DNA of 14,492 bases, taken from NCBI GenBank assembly GCA_964613025.1, contig CAZTGJ010000053.1, positions 1 through 14,492 of the forward strand, given 5' to 3'. Source of the DNA: an uncultured Thermoplasmata archaeon. GTDB taxonomy: Archaea; Thermoplasmatota; DAOVMN01. The position numbers and the translations under genes were made by a program. Positions within the stretch are counted from its first letter, which is position 1. Every line of letters starts with the position of its first letter. The notes beneath the pieces are model-generated. The model saw only the letters and a program-made list of their open reading frames with translations. It had not been told where the DNA came from and searched no databases. Below, piece by piece: positions 14,464-14,492 of this stretch.

Positions 14464-14479
14464 GGTATATTATAAAACG
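14464..14479 (-). promoter_or_regulatory. TATA box (gttttataatata on the minus strand) ~30 bp upstream of the TFB-core ATG; leaderless
   Basis: Plus strand tatattataaaac at 14466-14478. ATG (cat on the plus strand) at 14435-14437. Confidence 0.5.
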
Positions 14480-14492
14480 TTTTCGATATTTT

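Noticed and set aside
1-14492. tRNA, rRNA, integrase/transposase and toxin-antitoxin genes
   Set aside because: Intergenic regions were scanned by eye for T-loop GTTCRANYC motifs and cloverleaf inverted repeats, and none is convincing. No ORF resembles a recombinase or a defence protein. The gene content looks like chromosomal core.

Overview
The window is an archaeal chromosomal segment. The evidence is a TFB/TFIIB cyclin-core gene, an Sm-like protein, deoxyhypusine synthase, a fused ADP-forming acetyl-CoA synthetase, a Gins51-like protein, and BRE/TATA promoters with leaderless starts. Protein composition and the long intergenic regions suggest a halophile-like euryarchaeon. This is a guess. 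I support 12 protein-coding genes, including 4 on the minus strand. The plus-strand ones are a hypothetical coiled-coil/Zn-ribbon protein, a hypothetical alpha-helical protein, an NfeD-like protein, flotillin/SPFH, a Gins51-like protein, an MtnA-family isomerase and the fused beta-alpha ACD. The minus-strand ones are the Sm-like protein, a secreted PQQ beta-propeller, a membrane Zn-ribbon protein, deoxyhypusine synthase and a TFB core-only paralog. I found no rRNA, tRNA, CRISPR array or mobile element. The most striking non-genic signal is that almost every intergenic region is a strand-asymmetric purine/pyrimidine block. Each block carries its own tandem-repeat family (units of 19, ~34, ~52 and ~47 bp), several have G-quadruplex or i-motif runs, and one (12566-12760) is purine-rich between two convergent gene ends. 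The best candidates for novelty are: an extended four-gene (possibly five with an upstream small ORF) NfeD-flotillin module with two unknown translationally coupled partners; an NfeD with a (Asp-hydrophobic)n repeat loop; a TFB paralog lacking the Zn ribbon and B-reader, with its own promoter; and a Gins51 with a ~130-aa disordered insert. All domain identifications come from reading the translations. No searches were run.
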